Shown in pieces: positions 29,295-39,019 of a DNA stretch of 64,000 nt. Numbering within the stretch: the first letter of the stretch is position 1; each line of letters starts with the position of its first letter. The notes beneath the pieces are model-generated. The model was not told the origin of the DNA and searched no databases. It saw nothing but the letters and a program-made list of their open reading frames with translations. Source of the DNA: an uncultured delta proteobacterium (GTDB lineage: Bacteria > Desulfobacterota > Binatia > UBA9968). The stretch is from assembly GCA_963771465.1 (NCBI GenBank), contig CAVYTU010000015.1:192001-256000 (forward strand), in the 5' to 3' direction. The position numbers and the translations under genes were made by a program.

Positions 29295-30677
29295 ATGGCG
29301 GCCGAAGCGAATACATCTAACTCTGAAGTGAACGACAAACTGCGCGTACTCGTCGTCGACGATGAAAAAAATATCCGCATGACCCTTGCGGTTTGTCTGG
29401 AACAGTTTGATTGCGAGGTCACCGGCGTCGCTTCCGCAGACGGCGCGCTCCAGTCCTTGTCGCGGCAACCCTTCGACTTGGCTTTCCTCGACTTGCGTTT
29501 GGGCGACGGCAGCGGTCTTGATTTAATTCCGAAATTTCTCGCCGAAAGTCCTAACCTTATCATCGTCGTTATGACCGCTTATGCGACCATCGACAGCGCC
29601 GTTGAAGCGATCAAGCGTGGCGCCGGTGATTACCTGCCCAAGCCGTTTCAGCCTGCGCAAATACGCCACGTCGTTGACCAGAGCGTCAAGCAGCGCAATC
29701 TGAAAAGGCAAGTGACAGATTTGGAAGGCCGTTTGCGCGAAGCTGCGCCCGAAACCGACCTCGAGTCGGAATCGCCCAAGCTCCGTGCTGTCTTTGATGT
29801 CGCAGAGAGAGCTTCGAGTTCAGACGCACCGGTCCTGCTGCGCGGTGAAAGCGGTACCGGCAAGAGCGTGCTCGCCCGCTGGATTCACTCGCTGAGTCCA
29901 CGCAGCCGTCAACCATTCGTGGTGGTCAATTGCCCGACTTTGTCCGAAGAGTTGCTGACCAGCGAGCTGTTCGGCCACACGAAGGGAGCCTTCACCGGCG
30001 CCGTGCGTGATCAGCCGGGGCGCGTCGAGGCGGCCGAGGGTGGAACGCTATTTCTCGATGAGATCGGCGATATCTCGCCGTCCTTGCAGGCAAAACTTTT
30101 GCGCTTCATCGAGGACAAGGAATTCGAGCGGCTTGGCGAAAACAAGACCAGGCGGGCCAATGTTAGAACCCTCGCGGCTACCAACCGTGAATTAGAAGAG
30201 CAAGTGCGTAAGGGTTTGTTTCGTGAGGATTTGCTCTACCGGCTGAACGTCATCGACTTGCAATTGCCGCCGCTGCGAGAACGGCCCGAAGATATCTTGC
30301 GCTTGGCACGGCGCTTCCTGACATTCTTCGCGCGATCAGCGCGGCGCCAGACGCCGGAGCTATCGAGTGCCGCGGAAATTGCGCTTACTTGTTACAACTG
30401 GCCCGGCAATATCCGTGAGCTCCGAAACACCGTCGAGCGGGCGGTGATCCTTTGGCCTGCTCAAGTGATCGAGCCGCAAGCATTTCCCGCCCACATTTCC
30501 GCGCGGGTCAAATCAGCCGAAGCGCCCCAGGTAGGTGGAAATTTCTCATTGGAGGAAATCGAGCGGGAACATATCATTCGCGTGGTCGGCAGTTCGCCGA
30601 CCTTGGAGGACGCCGCGGCCATTCTCGGCATCGATAGTTCGACACTTTGGCGCAAGCGAAAAAAAATCGAGAGTTGA
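29295..30677 (+). CDS. sigma54-dependent response regulator (NtrC/AlgB-like)
   Basis: Receiver VVDDE/FLDLRL; GESGTGK; ELFGHTKGAFTGA; LFLDEIG; C-terminal Fis-type HTH. Confidence 0.95.
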   Translation: MAAEANTSNSEVNDKLRVLVVDDEKNIRMTLAVCLEQFDCEVTGVASADGALQSLSRQPFDLAFLDLRLGDGSGLDLIPKFLAESPNLIIVVMTAYATIDSAVEAIKRGAGDYLPKPFQPAQIRHVVDQSVKQRNLKRQVTDLEGRLREAAPETDLESESPKLRAVFDVAERASSSDAPVLLRGESGTGKSVLARWIHSLSPRSRQPFVVVNCPTLSEELLTSELFGHTKGAFTGAVRDQPGRVEAAEGGTLFLDEIGDISPSLQAKLLRFIEDKEFERLGENKTRRANVRTLAATNRELEEQVRKGLFREDLLYRLNVIDLQLPPLRERPEDILRLARRFLTFFARSARRQTPELSSAAEIALTCYNWPGNIRELRNTVERAVILWPAQVIEPQAFPAHISARVKSAEAPQVGGNFSLEEIEREHIIRVVGSSPTLEDAAAILGIDSSTLWRKRKKIES

Positions 30678-30689
30678 ACGTAAATCAAA

Positions 30690-30806
30690 CCTGGATTCCG
30701 CAGCGTAATCGACCGAATAACCCGCCGCCTCCAAGACTATAGCCAAATGCTTGCGGATATTGCGTTCGTCGTCGGCAACCACAATCCGCGATTTTGATTC
30801 CATCAT
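30690..30806 (-). pseudogene. truncated response-regulator receiver N-terminus
   Basis: MESKSRIVVADDERNIRKHLAIVLEAAGYSVD overlaps the kinase stop, then similarity ends at the convergent regulator. Confidence 0.65.
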
Positions 30807-32659
30807 AGCCGGACTCCTTTCGAGCTGGTGTTTGCTACCAAGGGCAAGGTAAACCAGAAGGTGCTCCCTTTTCCCGGATCGCTTTCCACACCGATTTCAC
30901 CGCCGTGGGCGCGGACAATTTCCTTGGCGATATAAAGTCCTAGTCCGGTGCCCTTCGGACCCGATTCCGGGACCTGGTAAAATTTTTCAAAGATGCGCTC
31001 TTGGTATTCCTTTGGAATTCCGCTGCCGGTGTCCATGACGGCGAATCGAACCAAGCTATCAACGACGGCCGCGTCCAACGTGATACTGCCGCCGTTCGGC
31101 GTATACCGTAGCGCATTGCCGATCAGATTAGAAAACACATGGCCGATGCGATCGTGATCGGCCAACACACTAATCGACGGCAGGGAGAGTGAAGTACTCA
31201 GGTTCACGCCTTTGACATCGGCTTCCGTCTTGGAGTTTTCGAGAGCATGCTTGATTAGACCGGCAACTTCGGTGGGAAGCGGATATAGCTCGACGCGTCC
31301 GGATTCGATGCGCGATAGATCCAAGAAATCGTCAACCATGCCTTGCAAACGATCACAATCCTCACGCGCAGCATCGAGCAGCTCGGCCTGCTTGTCGGTG
31401 AGCGGTCCCGCCACTTGCTCGGTGCAAAGATGAACCGCCATGCGTAGCGACGTAAGCGGTGTGCGAAACTCGTGGGCGACGGTGGCGACAATATCGTTTT
31501 TAAACTCTTCAAAACGGCGCAAGCGAGTGACGTCTTGCAAGATCACCGTGGCTGCGACGATCACCCCCCGGGTCTCGTAAACAGGGCGACCCCGGGGCAA
31601 AAAATAGCGATCGCCCATAAGCGTAGGGAGTTGCACCGCATCGTCAAACCCTCTGGGAGAGTAAGCTCCCTTGCCGCTAAGAACATTGCTGCGAACCCGC
31701 TCGAGCAGCGCGCGGGTCGACGCGTGGATGCTCTTGAGAGGATCTTTGGACGAAGAATCGGTTCTAAGTCCGAGCAATGTTTCCGCCGCGTAGTTAACGT
31801 TTTGCAGACTGCCTTCCACGCTGAAAATCGCCACGGGGTCCGGAATACTATCGATCGCCGCCTGCATGCTCAGGTGGGCTTGCAGCAAATCGCCCAGCGA
31901 GCTTTTACGATACTCAGCCAAACGCGCCGCCATCACGTTGAAGTCACGGGCCAGGCCCGCCAATTCGTCGTTGCCGCGCACGTGAGCGCGGGTATCGAAA
32001 TTACCTTCGCCGATTATGTGCGTGGCTTCGCTGAGCGCCGAGAGCGGCTGCAACATGCGCCGGGTCAACAGTGTCGAAACGAAGAGTCCCAGCGCGAGTG
32101 CCGCCAGCGCCACCGTGATGGTGATCGCATTCATGCGTTCCGCCGTGCGCTGCACGTCGTCGCTTTTGCGCACCATGGTGTCCTGATTTATGGCCAGGAT
32201 TGCGTCGGCGGCCGATTTCACTTTGTAAAAGGACGATTCCAGGTCGGAGAAGTAGATTTGTTTTGCCTCTTCGCTGCTCGTGCTTTTTTGCAAACGCGCA
32301 AATTTAGTTTGATAATCCATCCACGCGGCGCGCAGCCCCTCGGTGAACTCCTTCTCTCCCGACTCCGTAATATTCCCCGCTTGCACTTTCAACTCGGTTT
32401 CGAAGATCGGCCGATTTTTTTCCACCTGCTCAAGCCCCTTTTGACGCTCGCCCGCGACACTAAACAGCGCACCGGTGTCCATGCGCTCGAGGGCTTCCTT
32501 CATGCGCTGCGCTGCCAGCACGCTGCGATAATTGTCCTTCAAGATCGTTTGCGAATGCGATCCCAAATAGGAGATCGCCACCACTGAAAATATTCCCAGG
32601 CTGGCCAGCGCCAGCGCGATCGGGCTTTGCGCCAGCAAGAGTTTTTTGTAGAAGTTCAT
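30803..32659 (-). CDS. HAMP/PAS sensor histidine kinase (KinB-like)
   Basis: TM-helical sensor (ILKDNYRSV)-TM, HAMP, PAS-like, VAHEFRTPL, NLIGNALRYT, GTGLGL. Confidence 0.92.
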   Translation of the reverse strand: MNFYKKLLLAQSPIALALASLGIFSVVAISYLGSHSQTILKDNYRSVLAAQRMKEALERMDTGALFSVAGERQKGLEQVEKNRPIFETELKVQAGNITESGEKEFTEGLRAAWMDYQTKFARLQKSTSSEEAKQIYFSDLESSFYKVKSAADAILAINQDTMVRKSDDVQRTAERMNAITITVALAALALGLFVSTLLTRRMLQPLSALSEATHIIGEGNFDTRAHVRGNDELAGLARDFNVMAARLAEYRKSSLGDLLQAHLSMQAAIDSIPDPVAIFSVEGSLQNVNYAAETLLGLRTDSSSKDPLKSIHASTRALLERVRSNVLSGKGAYSPRGFDDAVQLPTLMGDRYFLPRGRPVYETRGVIVAATVILQDVTRLRRFEEFKNDIVATVAHEFRTPLTSLRMAVHLCTEQVAGPLTDKQAELLDAAREDCDRLQGMVDDFLDLSRIESGRVELYPLPTEVAGLIKHALENSKTEADVKGVNLSTSLSLPSISVLADHDRIGHVFSNLIGNALRYTPNGGSITLDAAVVDSLVRFAVMDTGSGIPKEYQERIFEKFYQVPESGPKGTGLGLYIAKEIVRAHGGEIGVESDPGKGSTFWFTLPLVANTSSKGVRL

Positions 32660-32772
32660 TCCTTGCCCTCCTGATCTTCCAATGACACGATGTGGAGATC
32701 GAATCCGGCCGCCTCGGTAACCAGCTTAAAGACCGGCGGTTGACCCAACAAACGACGCCACCAGGGCTTGTG
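32656..32772 (-). pseudogene. kdpD: kdpD 3' remnant (end of USP domain)
   Basis: Manual translation HKPWWRRLLGQPPVFKLVTEAAGFDLHIVSLEDQEGKE*; stop overlaps the kinase ATG. Confidence 0.65.
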
Positions 32773-33118
32773 CTAGGGTAAAACTCGCAGCGGTGTTAAA
32801 CGTGAGCTCCGCGGGGACCGGTCCAAAATTCTGCGGATTCAACGGCAAGATATGTTGCAGCCGTTCGATACCATAGGTCACCAGCAACGTGATCGCGCTG
32901 AACATCAGCATCGCCACGGTATATTGTTTCCAGTCCTGTCGCTGTTGCGGATCAACACCGCAAAGCTTGTAGATCATTCGCTCGATCGCGCCGAACAAGC
33001 GTGGCAGCGGTTGCCGGTCGCCTTCGAAAACACGATACATGTAACTGCCCAGCGGCTTGGTGATGGCGAAAATGACCGCCGCAAAGAGCAGAATCTGAAT
33101 CCATCCGTTGACTGTCAT
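32726..33118 (-). pseudogene. kdpA: KdpA N-terminal fragment (about 114 aa)
   Basis: KPLGSYMYRVF...LCGVDP...DWKQY...LQHILPLNPQ...FNTAASFT, then similarity is lost. Confidence 0.9.
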
Positions 33119-33200
33119 AACTTCTCCTGACTTCCCAGTCTTGAAAACCTAGTCAGAGAATCTTCGCTTAGCTGCAAAGCTTCTCGTTTCCACGCTCCCG

Positions 33201-33296
33201 TCAACCGCAAAACTTTGCCGACCAGAGAAGCGCGTAAACCAAATACACTAAAATGATTAACGACACGATCAAGCCAATAATATATTCCAGCCCCAT
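33201..33296 (-). CDS. kdpF: KdpF-like small membrane peptide
   Basis: MGLEYIIGLIVSLIILVYLVYALLWSAKFCG* directly upstream of kdpA; below the ORF track cutoff. Confidence 0.75.
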   Translation of the reverse strand: MGLEYIIGLIVSLIILVYLVYALLWSAKFCG

Positions 33297-33305
33297 AGTT
33301 ACCCC

Positions 33306-33389
33306 TTACAGACGATCACAGCCGCGCACATAGAGGCATGCGATTATGAAAAACCAAACAGTTACGACGATGAATAGAACGTCAGCCAT
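33306..33389 (-). CDS. small membrane peptide upstream of kdpF
   Basis: MADVLFIVVTVWFFIIACLYVRGCDRL* with AAGGAG RBS. Confidence 0.7.
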   Translation of the reverse strand: MADVLFIVVTVWFFIIACLYVRGCDRL

Positions 33390-33429
33390 TTGATTACTCC
33401 TTGAATTGACTAATCCTATAGGTGGGTAG

Positions 33430-33446
33430 CGCAAGCGACATGCCAG
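33430..33446 (-). promoter_or_regulatory. sigma54 -24/-12 promoter of the kdp operon
   Basis: Minus strand CTGGCATGTCGCTTGCG, exact GG-N10-GC spacing, about 40 bp upstream of the first ORF. Confidence 0.75.
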
Positions 33447-33497
33447 TCTCCGCGCCGCGAAAACACAAAGCATTCAACCCAAGATCCTGCAACCGCC

Positions 33498-33541
33498 TGG
33501 CATTTCGCACGACGCCTGGTTGCGCGGATTGCAAAATGCAA
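33498..33541. promoter_or_regulatory. putative tandem activator-binding sites (UAS)
   Basis: Palindromic TTGCAAAATGCAA (33529-33541) and a degenerate copy TGGCATTTCGCAC (33498-33510) upstream of the sigma54 box. Confidence 0.5.
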
Positions 33542-33871
33542 ATGTTAACGCTCGTCGCGCCGGAGGTTTGAATCAGCTGAAGATTTATGGCGACCGCCCG
33601 AAACTATCCGGAAGATGGAGTGAAATTACGATATCGCCGGGAACGAACGGAGGAGAAATTGAACGAGACTGCAAGGCTTTGAAGGGACCGGAAAGTGTCA
33701 GGTCGAAAACGACTCGGAACCGGAACTCCGCAGCCGCTGCGTTCTCTGCGCGCCTCAGCGGTAATAAATCCGAAACCGTTTCTCTGGAGAACAAATTCTC
33801 TATCAAATGCCAGCTTCAGATTGATAAGATGCCAGACCCCAAATGCCCCAGTTGACAAGCTCCAGGATTGT

Positions 33872-34198
33872 ATGGATGATCGCGCCATGTGCCGAAAGTT
33901 TGTCGCCGTCCTCGTCATCCTGGGCTGGGTCAGTCTTTCTTGCTTTGATGTCGTCGAGGATCTCGACGGGATTCCCGGCCAGGGCGCGGTATGGAGCAGT
34001 TCTTCGGGCGATAGCTCCACGGCAAAGCGAGGTGGCTGGGGACCTCTTGCTAACAACATTATTGAGTCGGCAAACGAGACGGAACAGACTGCTGTTGGTC
34101 CTATCAGCTTCACCCCAATCGCTTTTAAGTTCAATCGAGTTATCGATCTCCGGCGACACTTTCAACTGCACAAACTCTACCGAGTTTTTCTGATCTAA
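33872..34198 (+). CDS. small exported/membrane hypothetical protein
   Basis: Hydrophobic N-terminus with Cys; C-terminus LHKLYRVFLI; start uncertain. Confidence 0.5.
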   Translation: MDDRAMCRKFVAVLVILGWVSLSCFDVVEDLDGIPGQGAVWSSSSGDSSTAKRGGWGPLANNIIESANETEQTAVGPISFTPIAFKFNRVIDLRRHFQLHKLYRVFLI

Positions 34199-34318
34199 TC
34201 CCCGAGTCTCTTTCCCACAGTTTACCTCTTCGCAAGCGTTGGTGACCCCAACTCGCATGCGGCTTATTTTCGTTGGAACAGTCGGCTTGGGCCGAACTGC
34301 GTTGGAAAGGAACCCGTC

Positions 34319-34417
34319 ATGGAAGACTTCCCTATCTGGATGAAGCTCCTCATTTGGCTAATTATCGGCGGCACGGTGGCCTACGCGGCAGGCATGATGA
34401 TCTATTCTGCGATGTGA
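34319..34417 (+). CDS. 32-aa membrane micropeptide
   Basis: MEDFPIWMKLLIWLIIGGTVAYAAGMMIYSAM*, purine-rich RBS GGAAAGGA. Confidence 0.55.
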   Translation: MEDFPIWMKLLIWLIIGGTVAYAAGMMIYSAM

Positions 34418-34569
34418 CAGGGTAAGTATGGGGTAGATCCGCGAGGGATATTGCAACAGGATGTCGGGGGACGACCGCGTGAATCAAATATGCCACGTTC
34501 TGATTAGTCGAAGTCCATTTCACATCTTTGGCCTCAGCATGGATTATTTTTGGCCTCAGCCTGGATTAT

Positions 34570-34638
34570 ATGGATGTCCTAATAATAATCGTCCTTATGG
34601 CAGTCGTATTCTATTCCATTTGGTTAATAGGGCGATGA
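34570..34638 (+). CDS. 22-aa hydrophobic micropeptide
   Basis: MDVLIIIVLMAVVFYSIWLIGR*; weak RBS. Confidence 0.35.
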   Translation: MDVLIIIVLMAVVFYSIWLIGR

Positions 34639-34708
34639 TCCGCACAAATGGACATTGAGGCGTTAAGATCGTGCAAAACGTATTCATCAGAGCAATCTAG
34701 GAGCGATT

Positions 34709-36004
34709 GTGTCCACAATAGCATTTGAAATCTCTGCTATTTTCCTGCTGCTAATCGCAAACGGCATATTCGCGATGTCCGAAATCGCTATAGTGACCGC
34801 TCGCAAGTCGCGACTACAGGAATTGGCCAACAATGGTAAGGCCAAGGCGCGAGCGGCTTTAGATCTCGCCAATAACCCAAATCGATTCCTGTCTACGGTG
34901 CAAGTCGGCATCACGCTTGTAGGTATTCTCGCGGGTGCCTTCGGCGGAGGCGCGATAAGGGAGTGGCTCGCGACACAGCTACACTCGATCCCAATTATTG
35001 CGCCCTACAGTCGATCTCTCGCGCTCGGTATCGTGGTCATAACCATAACCTACTTCTCCGTGATCGTCGGTGAACTAGTTCCCAAACGTCTCGCTCTCGG
35101 TCATCCCGAATCCATAGCGATGTTCATGGCTCCGGTTATGCGTCTCTTGCTCGCGGTCGGCGCTCCACTCGTTCATCTTTTTACTTTCTCGACCGACTTA
35201 GTATTTAGGCTGGTCGGCAAGCGCTTCGACGAACGAACGGTGGTGAGTGAAGAAGAAATCACAACTCTGCTTCAACAAGGGACCGAGGCAGGCGTATTCC
35301 ATGAAACGGAGCAGGAAATGGTCGAAGCCGTATTCCAGCTCGGCGATATGAGCGCGCGCGGCCTAATGACAACGCGAACTCAGATCATCTGGCTTGATCT
35401 GAATGACTCCGTCGAGGAGATTCGCGCAAAACTGTCCGATAGCGGCCATTCGAGGTTTCCGGTCTGCGAGGGCAGCCTGGACAATGTCGTTGGCATCGTG
35501 CAGGCAAAAGACTTATTAACGAATTTCCTGTCGGGGAAGAACGTCGAGCTTAAAGCAACCATGCAGCCAGCGGACTTCGCACCGAAAAGCATGACCGCCT
35601 TGCAACTGCTAGATCACATCAAAAAGACCAGCAGCCACATTGTCTTAGTCGTTGACGAATACGGCGGGACAGAGGGCTTATTGACGCACCATGATATCCT
35701 GGAAGCGATTGCCGGTGATATGCCGCTAGGCACGACTCCGATAGAACCAAAAGCCGTGCAACGTAAAGATGGTTCTTGGTTGCTCGATGGAATGCTGTCG
35801 GTCGAGGAGTTCAAGGAGCTTTTTCATATTGAGGACTTGCCGGGAGAAAAAAAAGACAGCTTCCAAACCTTAGGTGGTTTTCTTTTCACTCAGATGGGCC
35901 GCGTACCGTCAGTGGCCGAGAGCTTTGAATGGAACACCCTACGTTTCGAGATCGTTGATATGGATGGCAAGCGCATCGATAAGGTGCTCGTATCATCCCG
36001 ATGA
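34709..36004 (+). CDS. CNNM/CorB-CorC (hemolysin family, DUF21-CBS-CorC) Mg2+/Co2+ transporter
   Basis: NGIFAMSEIA, FLSTVQVGIT, GELVPKRLA, HSRFPV, VVDEYGG, FQTLGG. Confidence 0.93.
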   Translation: MSTIAFEISAIFLLLIANGIFAMSEIAIVTARKSRLQELANNGKAKARAALDLANNPNRFLSTVQVGITLVGILAGAFGGGAIREWLATQLHSIPIIAPYSRSLALGIVVITITYFSVIVGELVPKRLALGHPESIAMFMAPVMRLLLAVGAPLVHLFTFSTDLVFRLVGKRFDERTVVSEEEITTLLQQGTEAGVFHETEQEMVEAVFQLGDMSARGLMTTRTQIIWLDLNDSVEEIRAKLSDSGHSRFPVCEGSLDNVVGIVQAKDLLTNFLSGKNVELKATMQPADFAPKSMTALQLLDHIKKTSSHIVLVVDEYGGTEGLLTHHDILEAIAGDMPLGTTPIEPKAVQRKDGSWLLDGMLSVEEFKELFHIEDLPGEKKDSFQTLGGFLFTQMGRVPSVAESFEWNTLRFEIVDMDGKRIDKVLVSSR

Positions 36005-36696
36005 AACAACGCTCGGAAGCTGTCAAGAAACATTTCAGTTGTTGAGAATCTATATCGGACAAGTTCTCAAACGAGTGTAATATGCCCATTATTACATTGT
36101 TCATGTATCCTGGGGCGCCGTAATAACATTAGTTCTGTTGTTCATAGTCATGTATGTGCTTTTGACGACCAAAGAAGACGACAACACGGATGACGAGGCG
36201 TGGGGATGAATGACACCAAGGCGCCCAACCTTATCAAGGAAATGGATGGAAAACAGTGGAAGAGCGAATCAAAACCGAGATCCCTGACGCGAACTTGTGG
36301 CTAGCAGTTATCGATCAAGCAATCGAGGACCTTTCGCAACCGAAGCTGCGCCAAGCGGCGGTGGACTGGTTCACGTCGACCGCACAGCGAGCCGGGAAGT
36401 TTTCGCTGGGCCTGCGATCACCTCGATCTGAACCCTTCGGCGGTATGGGCAGCGTTGAAGAAGGCAAAAGAGTTGGAAAAAACATTCGCCACGCTTGAAA
36501 GCGATTTCCTGCGCCATGGCTTAAATCAAACGACTGGTGAGTTGTCGCCGACGAGGGGGCAACGGTCTGCTTAGTAATGGCGTGAATACCTAGAACTTCA
36601 TAGACAATTTCTATTTTGTTGAGGAGAAAGGCCACGCCCCACAACCCCATACAAATCCTCTTTCGGACCTGGCGGTAGACTTGCTGCAGCGTGCTT

Positions 36697-37849
36697 TTAT
36701 GGGGAAGTGGTTGGCTTTCGCACCAACCGGGTCACTACAATGATGAAAACTCCCGTAAGAGCTAGGTTCAAGCGCCAAGCTTAGCGCGCCGATGGTCATA
36801 CTTTGCTGCACGGCTGATGAGTCGAGAATGTTCTGCTGGCGAAAGATTTCGAGTGAAACTAGTAGAACGCCAATGCCGACCTCGCCACGGGGGAACATTC
36901 CGACGCTGAGCGCCAAGCGTTCACGTAGAGTCGCTTCGTCTCTGTACGCCAACATCGGCACGCACTTCCCGATATTGCTTACGATTGTGATGAGAATTAC
37001 ATGGGTGAATACAGCTATGATGCTCATCCCACCTAATTGAATTGGCGGCAACGCCATGCCCGCGAGCAACATGAATCCGCCTTTGATGCTCCAGTCAGTA
37101 TGCCTGTGCGGCAGATTCATGAGCACTCGATTCGTGGCTCGTGGCGGAGTACTCCGCCGAGCCGTGCAGATGATCGGACTTGATCACGCAACCGAGCGCA
37201 AATGCCGGCACCAAAACTTCTAGGTGCAAATCAGTCACATAGTCAAAGGCGTAAGTCACGCCCCAGATTAAAAGCGCATAAATAACGATCCAGGCGTTGT
37301 CGTCGGCACCGGCAACCAGTGGATGCAGAAATAGGCGGCCGCCAGGAACAGAAACACGGCGAAAATCAGAATGAGCAGTTTGGGCTCAAATCCGATGAGC
37401 ATCATCTTGAGCGGAATCATCAAAAGCACCGTGTCGAGATCGTCGAAGATTGCCAACACGCGTGCTTTTTTGTAAACCCAGGTTGTAGCCAGCCCTGCAG
37501 CGGCAAGCATGGTAAATAAAATTCCCGCCGAAGTCGGCGAAGCAAACCTTCCGACTAGCAACGACTCATTGAAACCCAGGCCAAAGAACCACCAAAAATA
37601 AAGCGCGGCGCACAGCCAGGGCACCGCCGCTGCGGCCATGGCGATGCCGTAATCGACAGCGTACGAACCCAAGCGTGACTTGTCGATATCGAACTCCATG
37701 CCCACTTCGATCATGATGTAGGCGAGAAAAATCATCGTCAGAGTCGCGATGACGGTGTTGGACGATTGAACGATCGGCAACTGGGACAAAACCATGCCGG
37801 CAACCAGCAAAAGGCTGTAAGTGATAACTCTTCGCATAAAATACTCCAT
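36697..37849 (-). pseudogene. cation/H+ antiporter (Na_H_Exchanger-like), frameshifted
   Basis: FASPTSAGIL, LAIFDDLD, GMFPRGEVG in fragments 37268-37849 and 36611-37126; alternative-frame C-terminus ends at 36697. Confidence 0.8.
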
Positions 37850-37863
37850 TGCTGAAGTGCGAC

Positions 37864-37902
37864 GCGGGGTGCGCCGACTTCGTCACAGTCGTCCGGTCGA
37901 GC
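37864..37902 (-). promoter_or_regulatory. nhaA-II (Li+-II) riboswitch-like motif
   Basis: Minus strand GCTCGACCGGAC-GACT gtgacga AGTC-GGCGCACCCCGC, 14 nt upstream of the antiporter start; resemblance is from memory of the motif. Confidence 0.5.
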
Positions 37903-38512
37903 TCACGGCTCAGTGCCTATTATCAAAGGCATCGAGGCAGCAGTCGGACGATTCAAATTTTAGAAATCAGTAAACGGAGTCTTATACCGCGGAAAAGAAG
38001 GCGGCGAGCGGCTGATATCGCCGGCTACATTTGGCCAGCGACGAAGGTTCTGTTTGAAGTCGAACAACAGGAAAGATGCATGAACCGGTGGAGGATCTTC
38101 AGGAAATAATCCGATCCAGAGCGGCGAAGGTTGTGCGCTATGTTCCCCGTCTAAAACTTCGGCGTTTTGTAAACGACAAAGCCAGACGTCGATCCAAACT
38201 TCGTGGCGGGCCCATCGATGGTGCCAAGAAAAGCCAATAGAAATGTCAGCAATAAGAGACAGGTATGACAACGTCCGGCGCGGCGGACGATGATTCTTGT
38301 CATGTAGGGTAAGCCAACATTTGAAAGACCGTATCTCAATTGTTAACGCATGCTGGTCGACAAAGCAACGCACGGCAGTGACGAGCGAAACGCAGACTCA
38401 ATGCCGATACTTCTACATGGCAGCACGATGGCACGATACAGCGCGCGCCAATGGCAGATTCAAATTCGCCACGAGAGAATCCGTTGGGTTGACAGACAGA
38501 GACATTCAACTG

Positions 38513-38588
38513 ATCAGGAGCATCAGAGAATACCGCCATTCAGTTGAAGGATTCGGCGCCGTGTGAATTCACGACCTGATCTCCTGGT
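38513..38588 (+). promoter_or_regulatory. candidate structured 5' leader of crcB
   Basis: ATCAGGAG-C-ATCAG pairs with CTGAT-CTCCTGGT and encloses CGCC/GGCG and CGTG/CACG stems. Confidence 0.4.
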
Positions 38589-38639
38589 GTACAAGTAAGA
38601 GTTATTGTCTATAACAAAGGCAGCGAGGGTTAAGACCAT

Positions 38640-39018
38640 ATGCTGAGGATTTTTCTCGTTGGCGCCGGAGGATTTCTTGGCTCTATACTCCGTTACGCTG
38701 TTGGCGGTTGGGTACATAACCTATCGAACAACGCTTGGTTCCCTTATGGAACATTGGTAATCAACAGCGCGGGTTGTTTGTTGATTGGTTTCCTCTCGGG
38801 GCTGGCAGAAAATCGTTCAGTCTTCGGCCCTGAGGTCCGCCTATTCCTTTTTATCGGCGTGCTTGGAGGATTCACGACCTTCTCGTCGTTTTGCGTACGA
38901 AACCTTTTCGCTCTCGCGCGACACTCAAAATCTTGCTGCCGCGGTTAACATAGTTGCTCAGCTAATCCTCGGACTCGTGGGTGTGTGGTTCGGCAATACT
39001 TTAGCGCGTCTCATGTGA
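38640..39018 (+). CDS. crcB: fluoride channel Fluc/CrcB (one frameshift near 38890)
   Basis: GGFLGSILRY, FPYGTLVIN, GVLGGFTTFSSF; continues in another frame as AYETF...; the shift is at a T run. Confidence 0.88.
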
Positions 39019-39019
39019 G

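Noticed and set aside
31472-32587. Long antisense ORFs (also 48730-49782, 55101-56198, 44262-45176)
   Set aside because: Shadow frames of well-supported genes on the opposite strand, common in GC-rich DNA, with no motifs.
36082-36498. Small TM peptide (..VLLFIVMYVLLTTKEDD..) and an 80-aa ORF
   Set aside because: The peptide frame has no start codon without assuming a frameshift; support is too weak to annotate.
38450-38500. Canonical fluoride riboswitch upstream of crcB
   Set aside because: GGCAGATTCAAATTCGCC only loosely resembles the 5' part, and the downstream GCTRATGAC..CTAC element is missing.
38880-38900. Programmed frameshift or phase variation in crcB
   Set aside because: The T run is short and many neighbouring genes have similar indels, so sequencing error is simpler.
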